Assembly: GCA_013151915.1 (NCBI GenBank)
Contig: JAADHJ010000044.1
Coordinates: forward strand, 329-64,328
DNA length: 64,000 nt
Direction: 5' to 3'
Source: Deltaproteobacteria bacterium
Lineage (GTDB): Bacteria; BMS3Abin14
Shown: positions 52,385 to 63,176 of the stretch, piece by piece
Layout of the letters: every line of letters starts with the position of its first letter
How positions within the stretch are numbered: the stretch's first letter is position 1
Position numbers and translations under genes: made by a program
Notes under the pieces: model-generated
Told to the model about the DNA's origin: nothing
Database searches by the model: none
Seen by the model: only the letters and a program-made list of their open reading frames with translations

Positions 52385-53356
52385 ATGGCAATAGCTTTTT
52401 TCGCAGTTGTTTTTGGCCTGGCGCTCCTTGTTTGGAGCGCCGGCCGTTTCGTGGAGGGTTCAGCCTTCACCGCACGCCATTTTGGAATGCCGCCGCTCCT
52501 GATTGGCATGGTGATCCTTGGTTTCGGCACATCCGCGCCTGAAATGGTGGTTGCAGCGTTCGCGGCATCACAGGGCAATCCAGGCATCGCTCTCGGCAAC
52601 GCGTATGGTTCAAACATCACGAATATCGCACTGATCCTTGGGCTGACGGCCTTGATCAGTCCCCTCGCGGTCCATTCGCAGGTGCTGCGCAAGGAATTGC
52701 CGATTCTCATAGCCGTTACGGGCCTGGCCGCCTATCAGATTTGGGATGGCGAGATCACCCGTACCGATTCTCTGGTGTTGTTGGTCGTATTCGGCAGCCT
52801 GATGGTCTGGACCATCCTGCAAGGCCTGCGAAAAAAATCGGACGTTCTGGGAAGCGAGATGGAATATGAGCTCGAAGAACGCAGCATGCCGCTTGGCCGG
52901 GCTGTCTTTCGGCTCGTAATCGGCCTGACCCTGTTGATCGCAAGTTCCCGCATCCTGGTCTGGGGGGCGGTTGAGATCGCGCACGGTTTCGGGGTGAGCG
53001 ATCTGATAATCGGCCTGACCATTGTGGCCGTGGGTACTTCGCTGCCGGAGCTTGCTTCGTCGGTGATCGCCGCCCGCAAAGGTGAGCACGATATTGCATT
53101 GGGCAACGTTCTTGGCTCCAATCTTTTCAACACATTGGCCGTTGTAGGCATCGCAGGGACGATTCACCCCCTGGCCGTGGGGCCGGAAATACTCGGCCGT
53201 GACGTTCTGGTAATGGCGGTACTAACCGTCGCGCTCTTCGTCATGGGCTATGGATATCGGGGTCCAGGGCGCATCAACCGGCTCGAAGGCGCGGCGCTGC
53301 TTGCCTGCTACATCGGCTACATCGCCTACCTGGCGACCAGTGTCTTTGGCCGGTGA
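52385..53356 (+). CDS. Calcium/sodium antiporter (CaCA, YrbG-like)
   Basis: Alpha repeats GTSAPE / GNAYGSNITN and GTSLPE / GNVLGSNLFN. Confidence 0.93.
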   Translation: MAIAFFAVVFGLALLVWSAGRFVEGSAFTARHFGMPPLLIGMVILGFGTSAPEMVVAAFAASQGNPGIALGNAYGSNITNIALILGLTALISPLAVHSQVLRKELPILIAVTGLAAYQIWDGEITRTDSLVLLVVFGSLMVWTILQGLRKKSDVLGSEMEYELEERSMPLGRAVFRLVIGLTLLIASSRILVWGAVEIAHGFGVSDLIIGLTIVAVGTSLPELASSVIAARKGEHDIALGNVLGSNLFNTLAVVGIAGTIHPLAVGPEILGRDVLVMAVLTVALFVMGYGYRGPGRINRLEGAALLACYIGYIAYLATSVFGR

Positions 53357-53650
53357 AGGGCCGCCAATTCGATTCCGCTTTTGGGAACTGAACCGGCGCC
53401 TGACGCGATTGGCTGGCTTCGCCAGGAATTACCTGGTGAATTTACGGCGTTACTCTTCCATTCATACCCCCTTTCGGAACGATTCTGCTAAACTTACACA
53501 GACTGTTCCATCCAGGGAGTCCACTATCCCTTGACAGTTGTAAAAAAAAGTCAAAAAATTCCGGTGGGAGGAGCAAATGAGCATCTACTTCCACAAGGGC
53601 AACTTAAGAACTGAACACAATTTCTGCTTTCTTCGAGGAGAATACGCACG

Positions 53651-56116
53651 ATGAACACTACATCCGATGTGGTTGCCGACACCGTTGATTCGAGCCGTGG
53701 ACTCAGTAGCAGCGAGGCCGCACGCCGCCTGACGCAGTATGGTCCCAATGCCCTGGAGGTAAAGAAGACCTCTCTCTTGCGTCGGTTCCTGGGCTATTTC
53801 TGGGGCCCTATCCCATGGATGATCGAAGTGGCGGCGTCCCTCTCCGCCCTGGTGCGGCACTGGGCCGATTTCTGGATCATCCTTATCCTGCTCTTTTTCA
53901 ACGCCGGCGTCGGTTTCTGGCAGGAATATACCGCCGGCAACGCCGTAGAGGCGTTGAAGAAGCAACTGGCCATGAGGGCACGCGTGCTGCGGGACGGAAA
54001 ATGGCGGGAAATCGATGCCAAGGAGCTGGTACCCGGTGATATCATTCGCATTCGTCCGGGCGACGTCATTCCCGCCGACGTGAAACTGGTTGAGGGCGAC
54101 TACCTCAGTGTCGACCAGTCGGCGCTCACCGGCGAATCCCTGCCGGTGACCAAGCTGGCCGGCGACGAGGCCTTCTCCGGCACCGTAGCCAAGCAAGGCG
54201 AGGTGGTCGCCGAGGTAACGGCCACTGGTGCCAATACCCGCTTCGGCAAGACCGCCAGCCTGGTGCAGCAGGCGAAAACCGTCTCCCATTTCCAGAAAGC
54301 GGTGCTCACGATCGGCGACTATCTTATCTACGTCAGCCTGGCACTGGTGACCGTGCTGGTGCTTGAGCAACTGCACCGGGGCGCGCCCTGGATCGAGCTG
54401 GTGCAGTTCGCCCTCATCCTCATCGTGGCCTCCATCCCGGTGGCCATGCCTGCGGTACTCTCCATGACCATGGCGGTGGGCGCCATGGCGTTGTCGAAGC
54501 ACAAAGCCATCGTCACCCGCCTGGAATCCATCGAGGAGATGGCCAGCATGGATGTGCTGTGCTCGGACAAGACGGGCACCCTGACGCAGAATCGCCTGAC
54601 CTTGGGTGAGATCGAGGTCTTCAATGCTGACGATGAACAGGCGGTACTTCTGGCCGCAGCGCTGGCCTCGCGAGCGGAGAACCGCGACGCTATCGACGAT
54701 GCCGTGTTGGAAGGGCTGAAAGACAGGACACAGCTCACAGCCTTCTCTCAGACCACCTTTGTTCCCTTCGATCCGGTACACAAACGCACAGAGGCGACGA
54801 TCCAGGACAGCAGCGGCCGCACCTTCCAGGTGACCAAAGGCGCACCGCAGATCATCATGCAGATGGCCGGCCTCTCCAGCGCCGAGCAGACGCGAGCGCA
54901 GCAGGTGGTGGATGCCTTCGCCGCCCAGGGCTACCGTGCCCTCGGCGTGGCGCGCAAGAACAGCAGCGACACCGCCTGGACATTTCTCGGCATCCTCTCA
55001 CTCTTCGACCCGCCGCGCGAGGACTCGGCACAGACCATAGCGGATGCTCGGAACTACGGCGTATCCGTGAAGATGGTTACGGGCGATAACGTCGCCATTG
55101 CACGGCAGATGGCCGTCAAACTGGGGCTGGGCAGCAATATTCTCAAGGCCGACGCGTTGCCTGTCGAGGACGACGGCAAAGACCACAAAACAGGCATCTC
55201 GACAGTAGAGAAGGCCGACGGCTTCGCCGAGGTCTTTCCCGAGCATAAATTCGCCATCGTCAAGATCCTGGAGAACTGCAACCATATCTGCGGCATGACC
55301 GGTGACGGCGTTAACGACGCTCCCGCCCTCAAGCAAGCGGATGTGGGCATAGCCGTGAGCGGGGCCACGGATGCCGCGCGCGCTGCTTCCGACCTGGTGC
55401 TTTCCGCACCGGGGCTGTCGGTGATCGTGCGTGCCATCGAGGAGGCGCGCCGCATATTCGAGCGCATGAACGCCTACGCCATCTATCGCATCAGTGAAAC
55501 TATTCGCATCATGTTGTTCGTTGTGCTGGCGATGGTGTCCTTCAATTTCTATCCCATCACGGCTGTCATGATCATCATGCTCGCCTTTTTCAACGATGTG
55601 CCCATCATGACCATCGCCTACGACCGGACGGGGCTGGAGAAAGACCCGGTTCACTGGGAGATGCGACAGGTGATAACCGTGGCTACGGCCATGGGCATCG
55701 TCGGTGTGATCGGCAGCATGGGTATGCTGCTCATCGCCATGGACTGGCTCAGGCTGGATGTGGCGCAGATCCAGACCTATGTCTTCCTGAAGATGGCGGT
55801 GGCCGGTCACCTGGTCCTCTTCGTAGCGCGTTCCAAAGGATACTTCTGGAAGCGCCCATGGCCGGCGCCCGTTATGATCTGGTCCGCAGTGATCACCAAG
55901 GTTGCAGCCACCCTGGTGGCGGCCTATGGCTTCGGCCTCATCACACCCATCACCTGGCCGGAGATCGCCCTTATCTGGGGCTATTCCATCTCCTCGGCCC
56001 TGATCACCGATCTGGTCAAGGTGCACGTGTACCGGCACCTGGCTCACGAAACGCCGACGCACCGCGCTTTCCTGCGCCGTCTGCAGGATACGCTGCATCT
56101 CAATCACCACCCTTAA
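53651..56116 (+). CDS. Plasma-membrane-type proton-efflux P3A ATPase
   Basis: FWGPIPWMIE, DQSALTGES, SIPVAMP, CSDKTGTLT, KGAPQ, MVTGD, GDGVNDAP, YRISETIR, AFFND. Confidence 0.92.
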   Translation: MNTTSDVVADTVDSSRGLSSSEAARRLTQYGPNALEVKKTSLLRRFLGYFWGPIPWMIEVAASLSALVRHWADFWIILILLFFNAGVGFWQEYTAGNAVEALKKQLAMRARVLRDGKWREIDAKELVPGDIIRIRPGDVIPADVKLVEGDYLSVDQSALTGESLPVTKLAGDEAFSGTVAKQGEVVAEVTATGANTRFGKTASLVQQAKTVSHFQKAVLTIGDYLIYVSLALVTVLVLEQLHRGAPWIELVQFALILIVASIPVAMPAVLSMTMAVGAMALSKHKAIVTRLESIEEMASMDVLCSDKTGTLTQNRLTLGEIEVFNADDEQAVLLAAALASRAENRDAIDDAVLEGLKDRTQLTAFSQTTFVPFDPVHKRTEATIQDSSGRTFQVTKGAPQIIMQMAGLSSAEQTRAQQVVDAFAAQGYRALGVARKNSSDTAWTFLGILSLFDPPREDSAQTIADARNYGVSVKMVTGDNVAIARQMAVKLGLGSNILKADALPVEDDGKDHKTGISTVEKADGFAEVFPEHKFAIVKILENCNHICGMTGDGVNDAPALKQADVGIAVSGATDAARAASDLVLSAPGLSVIVRAIEEARRIFERMNAYAIYRISETIRIMLFVVLAMVSFNFYPITAVMIIMLAFFNDVPIMTIAYDRTGLEKDPVHWEMRQVITVATAMGIVGVIGSMGMLLIAMDWLRLDVAQIQTYVFLKMAVAGHLVLFVARSKGYFWKRPWPAPVMIWSAVITKVAATLVAAYGFGLITPITWPEIALIWGYSISSALITDLVKVHVYRHLAHETPTHRAFLRRLQDTLHLNHHP

Positions 56117-56136
56117 CTTTGTAACCCCACTCCAAC

Positions 56137-56199
56137 TTCATGCTCTCTTCATGATGGTAATTTATATTGCCGTCAAATGGCCCGGGCAAGGCGTTGATT
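56137..56199 (+). repeat. 63-bp direct repeat, copy 1
   Basis: 60/63 identical to 59255-59317. Confidence 0.92.
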
Positions 56200-56323
56200 G
56201 TGATGATCATATGCTTTGCCGCCATAATCGTTACCGCACGTTTATGGTACCAGCGTTCCCTTGGACCATATATCCGGTGGTTTTTAACCGCGGATATATA
56301 TGAGAGATATTATAAAGAGTAAA

Positions 56324-57019
56324 ATGTTAAAAATTTGTAATATTACAAAAAGATATTTTAGAACCGTTGCGTTGAATAAGGTCAGTTTTGAAGTATCAGA
56401 AAAGTCTATTACGGGTATTATCGGCCCGAATGGAGCCGGTAAATCAACCCTTCTGGACATAATCTCAGGTTTTCAGAATCCTGATGAGGGTGAAATATAT
56501 TTTAATGACAGGCCGCTCATGTTGTTTAAAGGGAAAAGAAAGATTCTTTCCTATATGCCGGAACACCTGGAAATCTACCCGGATTACTATGTTGATGACT
56601 TCATTCAATTTATCAATGCGGTGACAAAACATATCGATACGGATTTGATTGAGATACTTAATCTTGCGAAGGTAAAGAATAAAAAGATACGTTATCTGTC
56701 AAAAGGTTGTCATCAGAGATTAAAGCTCTTTTTTGCATTGTCCAATACCAAAAAAGTTATGGTACTTGACGAACCTTTTGATGGGTTTGACCCTATCCAA
56801 CTGATTGAAATATTGGAGTATATTAAATCCGAAAACATAAAAGGTCGAACGTTCATCCTCTCCATACATCAGCTCTATGATGCAGAAAAAATATGTAACC
56901 ACTACGTGTTGCTTAACGAAGGCAAGGTTGTGACTCAGGGAAGCATACAAACGCTGAAGCAGACATTCGGAGAGGATAATTCTTCATTAGAGCAAATCTT
57001 CATGAAGGCAATCCAATGA
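56324..57019 (+). CDS. ABC-2-type exporter ATP-binding subunit
   Basis: GPNGAGKST, LSKGCHQR, LDEPFDGFDP, SIHQL; AT-rich. Confidence 0.9.
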   Translation: MLKICNITKRYFRTVALNKVSFEVSEKSITGIIGPNGAGKSTLLDIISGFQNPDEGEIYFNDRPLMLFKGKRKILSYMPEHLEIYPDYYVDDFIQFINAVTKHIDTDLIEILNLAKVKNKKIRYLSKGCHQRLKLFFALSNTKKVMVLDEPFDGFDPIQLIEILEYIKSENIKGRTFILSIHQLYDAEKICNHYVLLNEGKVVTQGSIQTLKQTFGEDNSSLEQIFMKAIQ

Positions 57020-58329
57020 GGCCGTTTCTTATACTCAGTCTAAAAGAAATTAAGGATACGTTTTTCTCAAAAACAGCTTTATTGTTCCTGGTGCTTGTGA
57101 GTTTTATTGTTGGATACGGGTTTCTTGCGGCCGTTGGTTTATATAGTGAACAAAGCCTGGCTGCGGTTAACAATCTTTTGTATGCGAGGGGCTTTGAGCC
57201 GGTACCGGGCGTATTTGGACCAACTTACGGCGGCTTGTTTGTCCTTTTTTCCTTGTTTCTACCGTTTGTGATAATTCCGCTGGTAAGTCTTGAAAAAGAG
57301 CACAATACCTTATCCATTCTAACGCAACTCCCTTTCAGCTTTAAAGATATTCTTATAGCAAAAATAATAGCTGCCTTTCTATTCTTGTTGTTTGTCCTGA
57401 TGTTAACATTTCCGTGTATTATTTTGTGGAGAATATATGGTGGGCATATCCCGTTTAACGAGTTATTCCTGTTGATATCAGGGTATCTGCTTTATGGCAT
57501 GTTTGTCGTATCGGTATCATTTTTTTCGGCATCTCTGTTCGACAGTACGGCGAATGCTTCAATCTTTTCAATATTCTTAATCATATCATCATGGGTAATC
57601 GATTTCGGTAGAAATATGAACATGTCGCCGTTTCAATCCTCTATTTCAGGGTGGACGGTCACCCGGGTCCTAAAGTATTTTGAAAACGGTATTCTCTCTT
57701 TTACAGCCGTCATGTATTTTATTCTAATCTGCTCTGTCTTTTTTGTCTTGGCCTATATCTTTTTAAGGTTTGATTTAAGGGGTAAGTGGAAATCAATATC
57801 CTTGGCAGTTATTCTATTCCTGTTTGCCATGTTTATTATTTCTCACATTACGCTTAACGTTGACATGACAGAAAGTCATAGAAACTCATTTTCCTCCAAC
57901 ATTTCAAAATCGCTGAAAAAGGTTCCTAACCTTGAAATCGACGTATATATGGGAAAAGGAGATTCCAGATTTGAAGATTATCAAAGGAGCTTTCTGAAAA
58001 AGCTGGATCTGGTAAGAAATGATGTGAAAGTTAAGATGATGACGGGTAACGAACTCAAGAAGAACTATGGGTTGTTTGTTTACAAAGTCAATGGAAAGTC
58101 CGAGAAAACATACTCTAACAGTGAACAGGAAATATTCCCGATAATATTTAAACTTGCCGGGATAAGTGTCGGTCATGGGAATGAGGAAGCCAGGTTTCCC
58201 GGACACCCACTTGTTGTGAAAGAAAAATTGTCAATTATTCAGTACACATATTATTTGCTGATTCCCATGGGAATGATATTGGCGTTTGTAGTTAAAAACT
58301 TTAAATTCAGAAGGAGGTTTAAAAAATGA
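57016..58329 (+). CDS. ABC-2 permease fused to an extracytoplasmic domain (GldF/GldG-like)
   Basis: Multiple TMs, EKEHNTL..L, K..A, D.T....FS motif, soluble domain, final TM. Confidence 0.75.
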   Translation: MRPFLILSLKEIKDTFFSKTALLFLVLVSFIVGYGFLAAVGLYSEQSLAAVNNLLYARGFEPVPGVFGPTYGGLFVLFSLFLPFVIIPLVSLEKEHNTLSILTQLPFSFKDILIAKIIAAFLFLLFVLMLTFPCIILWRIYGGHIPFNELFLLISGYLLYGMFVVSVSFFSASLFDSTANASIFSIFLIISSWVIDFGRNMNMSPFQSSISGWTVTRVLKYFENGILSFTAVMYFILICSVFFVLAYIFLRFDLRGKWKSISLAVILFLFAMFIISHITLNVDMTESHRNSFSSNISKSLKKVPNLEIDVYMGKGDSRFEDYQRSFLKKLDLVRNDVKVKMMTGNELKKNYGLFVYKVNGKSEKTYSNSEQEIFPIIFKLAGISVGHGNEEARFPGHPLVVKEKLSIIQYTYYLLIPMGMILAFVVKNFKFRRRFKK

Positions 58330-59042
58330 TGAGAACAAAAACGCCGCTGTTAGTTATAGTTCTTTTTTTATTTTTAGCACCAGGGGTTGTCTTTGCCGGA
58401 AAAACCATTAGCGTTAATTTTGACAATGAGGTCGTTGGTGCACCGTCGAAATCCTTTAGCTCGTTTGTGGGGACCTGGTACATAGACAAGGATGGCAACA
58501 AGATGGTCTATGCGGTTGATGGCAGAAAGTGGGCGAGGGGAACGATGTCTGCCGGAATTGCGGATAAGGCAAAGGCGTTATATGGACAACGGTATGCTGA
58601 ATTCTTAGATAGTCTTGCGGCATACAAGTATTTCCCTCTGACTATTTATCAAGGAATTAAGAGTTTCAGCAGTGGAACGATATCCGTAAAATTTAAGGCA
58701 ATTAGTGGGCGAATTGATCGGGCGGCTGGTATTGCCTTTAATATTAAACCAAACGGTGATTATCTGGTTATAAGAGCCAATCCAGCAGAAAATAACATAG
58801 TAGCTTTCAAAATGGAGAGAGGTTACCGCTCCGTTGTGCAATGGATACGAAATGTTCCTATAAGGTCAAGAAAATGGTACACCTTAAAAGTCGTTGTCAA
58901 GGATGATAGGGCCGAGGGTTATCTGAACAACAAACGATATATTAGTTTTAAATTTAAGAAGAAGATAGATGGCAAGATTGGTTTATGGTCAAAATCTGAT
59001 TCTTATGTTTTTTTCGATAACTTTACTGCTCAATCGAACTGA
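58326..59042 (+). CDS. Secreted beta-sandwich-like hypothetical protein
   Basis: Signal peptide (LFLAPGVVFA); SGRIDRAAGIAF, YLVIRAN, GKIGLWSKSD..FDNF. Confidence 0.75.
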   Translation: MMRTKTPLLVIVLFLFLAPGVVFAGKTISVNFDNEVVGAPSKSFSSFVGTWYIDKDGNKMVYAVDGRKWARGTMSAGIADKAKALYGQRYAEFLDSLAAYKYFPLTIYQGIKSFSSGTISVKFKAISGRIDRAAGIAFNIKPNGDYLVIRANPAENNIVAFKMERGYRSVVQWIRNVPIRSRKWYTLKVVVKDDRAEGYLNNKRYISFKFKKKIDGKIGLWSKSDSYVFFDNFTAQSN

Positions 59043-59254
59043 TTGAGATTGCTCCGTCGCTTCGCTTTCCACAGTGGCATACGGGTGAAGCTTGCCTAAT
59101 GCTGCTCGCCAGTCCTACTCTACTATCTTATCCACCAGAAAATAGTGCCTCAATTCCAGACATCCTGTTGGTTAACATAAGACACCGGCCGGCTCCGCTC
59201 CCTCCTCCAACCCGAGAAGGAATTCCGCAAGAAATTCGATTAGAGGTCTTCACG

Positions 59255-59317
59255 TTCATGCTCTCTTCATGATAGTAATTTATATTGCCGTCAAATAGTC
59301 CGGGCAAGGCGTTGATT
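59255..59317 (+). repeat. 63-bp direct repeat, copy 2
   Basis: See 56137-56199. Confidence 0.92.
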
Positions 59318-59574
59318 ATTTTGCCGTTGGCCATTCGTTACGGCCACATGCCTTTTGCTCCAGCTCGGGTGCTGGATCAATTTCTGGTGAATGGATGAGC
59401 GCGATAAGATCCAGGTGAATAACGAGAAGGTAATCGGAGAACTCTTCAACAGGAGCGGAAATGCAGATAATTAGCCACAGCGTATGCAAATGGTTTGAGC
59501 AGGCCACCGGTGTAACCACCTTTTTCCATCGTTTGATTCGCACTATTACACAGGCGTTTAAGGACTCCCGTTTT

Positions 59575-59886
59575 ATGCTTCACACTATCGGCAAGTTAAG
59601 ACGTTTCCGGCTGGTTCATCTCCGAAAGGAATATGTTCAGCGCCAACTTCTTGTCCGTAAAGGCGATTGCCGTCAATGCGGTGCCTGCTGCAACCTGCTC
59701 TTCACCTGTCCGATGCTGACAAAACAGGGGAGATGTTTTGTCTACGGTTCCTGCCGTCCGCAGGCCTGCAAGGTTTTCCCGATAGATCAGCGGGATATAG
59801 ATGAAGTAAAACTTTGCGCCGGTCAGTGCGGGTACCATTTCAACAACGGATATTCCGAAAACACCGCTTACGAAAAGGAAGTTTGA
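59575..59886 (+). CDS. Small cysteine-cluster protein (CxxCxxCC, YkgJ-like); start may be 59461
   Basis: [13 protein letters not shown]...GRC.VY..RP.AC..FP. Confidence 0.75.
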   Translation: MLHTIGKLRRFRLVHLRKEYVQRQLLVRKGDCRQCGACCNLLFTCPMLTKQGRCFVYGSCRPQACKVFPIDQRDIDEVKLCAGQCGYHFNNGYSENTAYEKEV

Positions 59887-59887
59887 T

Positions 59888-60514
59888 ATGTTTCACCAGC
59901 TCGTTGTTTGGCTGGCTGATACTGTCGGCCAATGGGGGTATCCTGGAATCGTGATGCTCATGGCCCTCGAATCTTCATTTTTCCCGTTTCCCAGCGAAGT
60001 GGTGATCCCTCCGGCAGCCTATCTTGCCTTCACCGGGAAAATGAACATCGGGATGGTCATTCTTTGCGGCACACTGGGAAGCCTTTTAGGGGCTGTTTTC
60101 AACTATTGGCTTGCCCTGAAATTTGGAAGACCATTTTTTGAAAAATATGGTCGCTATCTACTGATCAGGCCCCGGTCGCTGGAAAAATCGGACCGTTTTT
60201 TTGAGCGCCACGGGCATATCAGCATCTTTATCGGCCGCCTGCTGCCGGGCATTCGCCAGTATATTTCGCTTCCGGCAGGGCTGGCCCGGATGAACATCTT
60301 CGCTTTTTGTGCAGCCACCGTTCTTGGCGCAGGGGTATGGGTATTGGTACTGGCGGCCATAGGCTACTGGTTCGGCCGCAACGAGCAACTGGTTTTGCAG
60401 AACCTGCATTGGATTACCCTGGCCATAGTAATCGGGTGCGGTATTCTGGTGACCTTCTACCGGCGTAGATGGAAGGACCGTTTATCCCAGGCACAACAAT
60501 GGGATGAAGGATGA
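59888..60514 (+). CDS. DedA-family protein
   Basis: [33 protein letters not shown]. Confidence 0.93.
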   Translation: MFHQLVVWLADTVGQWGYPGIVMLMALESSFFPFPSEVVIPPAAYLAFTGKMNIGMVILCGTLGSLLGAVFNYWLALKFGRPFFEKYGRYLLIRPRSLEKSDRFFERHGHISIFIGRLLPGIRQYISLPAGLARMNIFAFCAATVLGAGVWVLVLAAIGYWFGRNEQLVLQNLHWITLAIVIGCGILVTFYRRRWKDRLSQAQQWDEG

Positions 60515-61116
60515 CAACGAATCTGAATGTTCAAATTTTTCAGTGGATTCATGCCGGGGCCGGGGATCATCTGATTGTGGATGGGTTTGCCGTCTTTTTT
60601 GCCGAAGGCGGTCCCTATCTGCTGGCGGCCCTGTTTGTCGTTCTCTGGTTCTTTGTGGATAAAAACAGAAAAACCGCTCTGCTCGAAGCAACCGAGGCCG
60701 CCATCGTCGGCCTGGGCATTAACCAGTTGATAGGTCTGTTCTACTTTCACCCGCGGCCTTACATGGTCGGACTTTGCACACCGCTCTTTCCGCATGGCCC
60801 GGAAACCTCTTTCCCCAGTGATCATGCCACTTTGATGTTTGCCGCCGCGTTCTATCTGCTAATGGCCCGGCGTTGGACCACTTGCGGCATTGTGCTTCTG
60901 GTTGTCGCAACCCTGACCGCATGGGGACGGGTGTACAGCGGTATGCATTTTCCCTTTGACATGGCCGGTAGCCTGGTTGTCGGGTTGGCGAGCGCCGGGT
61001 TGATTCACTGGCTTGCAGGACGTCTTAAGCCTTTAAATATGAAACTGATCCGAGTCAGCCACCAATTGATGGACCGTGTCGTCCGGTCGCTAAGCCATGG
61101 GACGAGGAGACGGTAA
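60511..61116 (+). CDS. PAP2 undecaprenyl-diphosphatase (BcrC/YbjG-like)
   Basis: [21 protein letters not shown]. Confidence 0.9.
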   Translation: MTTNLNVQIFQWIHAGAGDHLIVDGFAVFFAEGGPYLLAALFVVLWFFVDKNRKTALLEATEAAIVGLGINQLIGLFYFHPRPYMVGLCTPLFPHGPETSFPSDHATLMFAAAFYLLMARRWTTCGIVLLVVATLTAWGRVYSGMHFPFDMAGSLVVGLASAGLIHWLAGRLKPLNMKLIRVSHQLMDRVVRSLSHGTRRR

Positions 61117-61121
61117 CCCCT

Positions 61122-63176
61122 GTGCTTTATATAAAAGCATTACTGGTTTTCATCACCCATCACCCCGCCCTCGCCTACGGGGGAATTTTCCTGATCTCCC
61201 TGTCTGAATCCCTGGCGCTGGTCGGTTTGATTGTTCCCGGCACGGTTATCATGTTCGGCGTGGGTGCGATTGTGGCCACAGGCAGCCTTGGGCTGAAGCC
61301 CGTCCTGTTGCTGGCCGCCACCGGAGCCATCGCCGGGGATGGTATCAGCTACTGGCTGGGTCACCACTACCAGGAAAAGCTGCGGCGGATCTGGCCTTTT
61401 TCCCGCTATCACGGCATGCTGCAAAATGGAGAGGCCTTTTTTCATCGGCATGGCGGCAAAAGCGTCCTGTTTGGTCGTTTTGTCGGCCCGGTGCGTCCGG
61501 TAATCCCGATTGTGGCCGGAATGCTGGGCATGAGTCCGCTGCATTTTGGCGTCGTCAACGTGTTGTCGGCCATCGGCTGGGCCTTCGTCTATATTCTGCC
61601 GGGAGTCTTTTTCGGGACCTCGCTGGCAGTGGCCGGAGCGGTCAGCACTCGGCTGGCCGTGCTCATTTTCATTCTCCTCGCTGCCATGTGGGGCTTCATT
61701 TGGCTCAGCCGTAAGCTGGTAGTACTGGTCGGACATCGAGGGCCGATCTGGCTTGCCGCACTGAAAGACTGGGCCGCCGCGGACACGCCTGTTCATGGGG
61801 TGATGCTTCCCGTAAAACGGCTCCTCCTTTATCTATTCCTCCGTCAGCAAGGAGAGGAGTTATTTTTCGGATTTTTGGTCTTGATGCTTTTTGTCGCAGG
61901 ATGGGGATTTCTCGGTGTTTTGCAGGATGTTCTGGCCAAAGATCCGCTGGTGATCGCGGATCAGGCGGTTTATCATTTTTTTCAATCTCTGCGAACCCCA
62001 TGGGGGGATCATATACTGGTAGCCGTCACGGAGCTCGGCGATTCGTTTGTAAATATTTGCATATCCGGTGCGGTGTTGCTCGTTCTTCTTCTCAAACGCC
62101 GCTACCGCACCGCTGGATATTGGGTGTTGACCATACTCGGTGGTTTATTGGGCGTTCAATTGCTGAAATGGTTGATCCATTTGCCACGGCCCGTGGCTCT
62201 CTACCATGGGACCTCGGCCTATGGATTTCCCAGCGGCCATACAACCATGAGCGTTATCCTTTATGGCTTCCTCGCTATTTTAATTGCCAGGGGTCTTTCC
62301 AGCACTCTGCGCTGGGGGTTATTTGTCAGCGTCTTTGTGGTCTCTTTTGTTGTCGCGATCTCCCGCCTTTACCTGGGCGCCCACTGGCTTTCCGATGTCC
62401 TGGGCGGATTCTTCATCGGCACAAGCTGGGTCGCCCTGCTTGGAATCGCCTACCTGAAAAGACCAAGTGAAGGCGTACCCCGGCGTTTGCTGGGGCTTGT
62501 GACCGTACTCGTCATCGTGATCGCCGGTAGCTGGCATGTGAGCCGGCGTCACGAAAAGGATCTTGCGTTTTACGCTCCCCGATACAACGTACAATCCATG
62601 CCGCTCGCGACATGGTTGGCCGATGGCTGGCGCGAACTTCCCGCCTGGCGGATTGACATGAAGGGCGAATGGGAACAACCTCTCACCATCCAGTGGGCCG
62701 GACCGCCCGATGAACTGGCCCAATATCTGTTAACCAGGGGATGGCAGCGCCCGCCGTCGTTGAACTTGAAAAATTTTTTGGGGATGTTTTCTCCGGACAC
62801 GCCGATTGAGAAGTTGCCTGTTCTGCCGCATCTTCACAATGGCCGGGTTGACCGCCTGCGCCTTGCTCACCGGGGAAAGAATAAGCGCTGGGTGCTGCGT
62901 CTTTGGCCTGCGGATGCAAGGATCACCGGAAACAATGTCCCCCTTTTCGTGGGAACGATAGAGACGCAGCATCGCCGTCACCTGACCGGATTGATCACCG
63001 CGGCACAGGACACGGGCGAGTATGACGGCTCCCTGGTCGCACTGGAGAATGAGCTCCATGATAGATTCGCTATGAAGCTGGTCAACAGGAGGAGCAGTGG
63101 ATATCAAGTCGACCGGGAACATCTCAGGGTGCACTGGCGGGGCAGGGTGTTGCTGCTATGGGGAAACGCAGAGTGA
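61122..63176 (+). CDS. DedA-PAP2 fusion with C-terminal soluble domain (LssY-like)
   Basis: ESLALVGLIVPG and GRFVGPVR (DedA); KWLIHLPRP, FPSGH, SRLYLGAHWLSD (PAP2). Confidence 0.88.
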   Translation: MLYIKALLVFITHHPALAYGGIFLISLSESLALVGLIVPGTVIMFGVGAIVATGSLGLKPVLLLAATGAIAGDGISYWLGHHYQEKLRRIWPFSRYHGMLQNGEAFFHRHGGKSVLFGRFVGPVRPVIPIVAGMLGMSPLHFGVVNVLSAIGWAFVYILPGVFFGTSLAVAGAVSTRLAVLIFILLAAMWGFIWLSRKLVVLVGHRGPIWLAALKDWAAADTPVHGVMLPVKRLLLYLFLRQQGEELFFGFLVLMLFVAGWGFLGVLQDVLAKDPLVIADQAVYHFFQSLRTPWGDHILVAVTELGDSFVNICISGAVLLVLLLKRRYRTAGYWVLTILGGLLGVQLLKWLIHLPRPVALYHGTSAYGFPSGHTTMSVILYGFLAILIARGLSSTLRWGLFVSVFVVSFVVAISRLYLGAHWLSDVLGGFFIGTSWVALLGIAYLKRPSEGVPRRLLGLVTVLVIVIAGSWHVSRRHEKDLAFYAPRYNVQSMPLATWLADGWRELPAWRIDMKGEWEQPLTIQWAGPPDELAQYLLTRGWQRPPSLNLKNFLGMFSPDTPIEKLPVLPHLHNGRVDRLRLAHRGKNKRWVLRLWPADARITGNNVPLFVGTIETQHRRHLTGLITAAQDTGEYDGSLVALENELHDRFAMKLVNRRSSGYQVDREHLRVHWRGRVLLLWGNAE

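Noticed and set aside
52290-52391. 34-aa N-terminal extension of the RAYT
   Set aside because: The family-typical MAR start with an RBS is at 52289; the extension runs through the inverted repeat.
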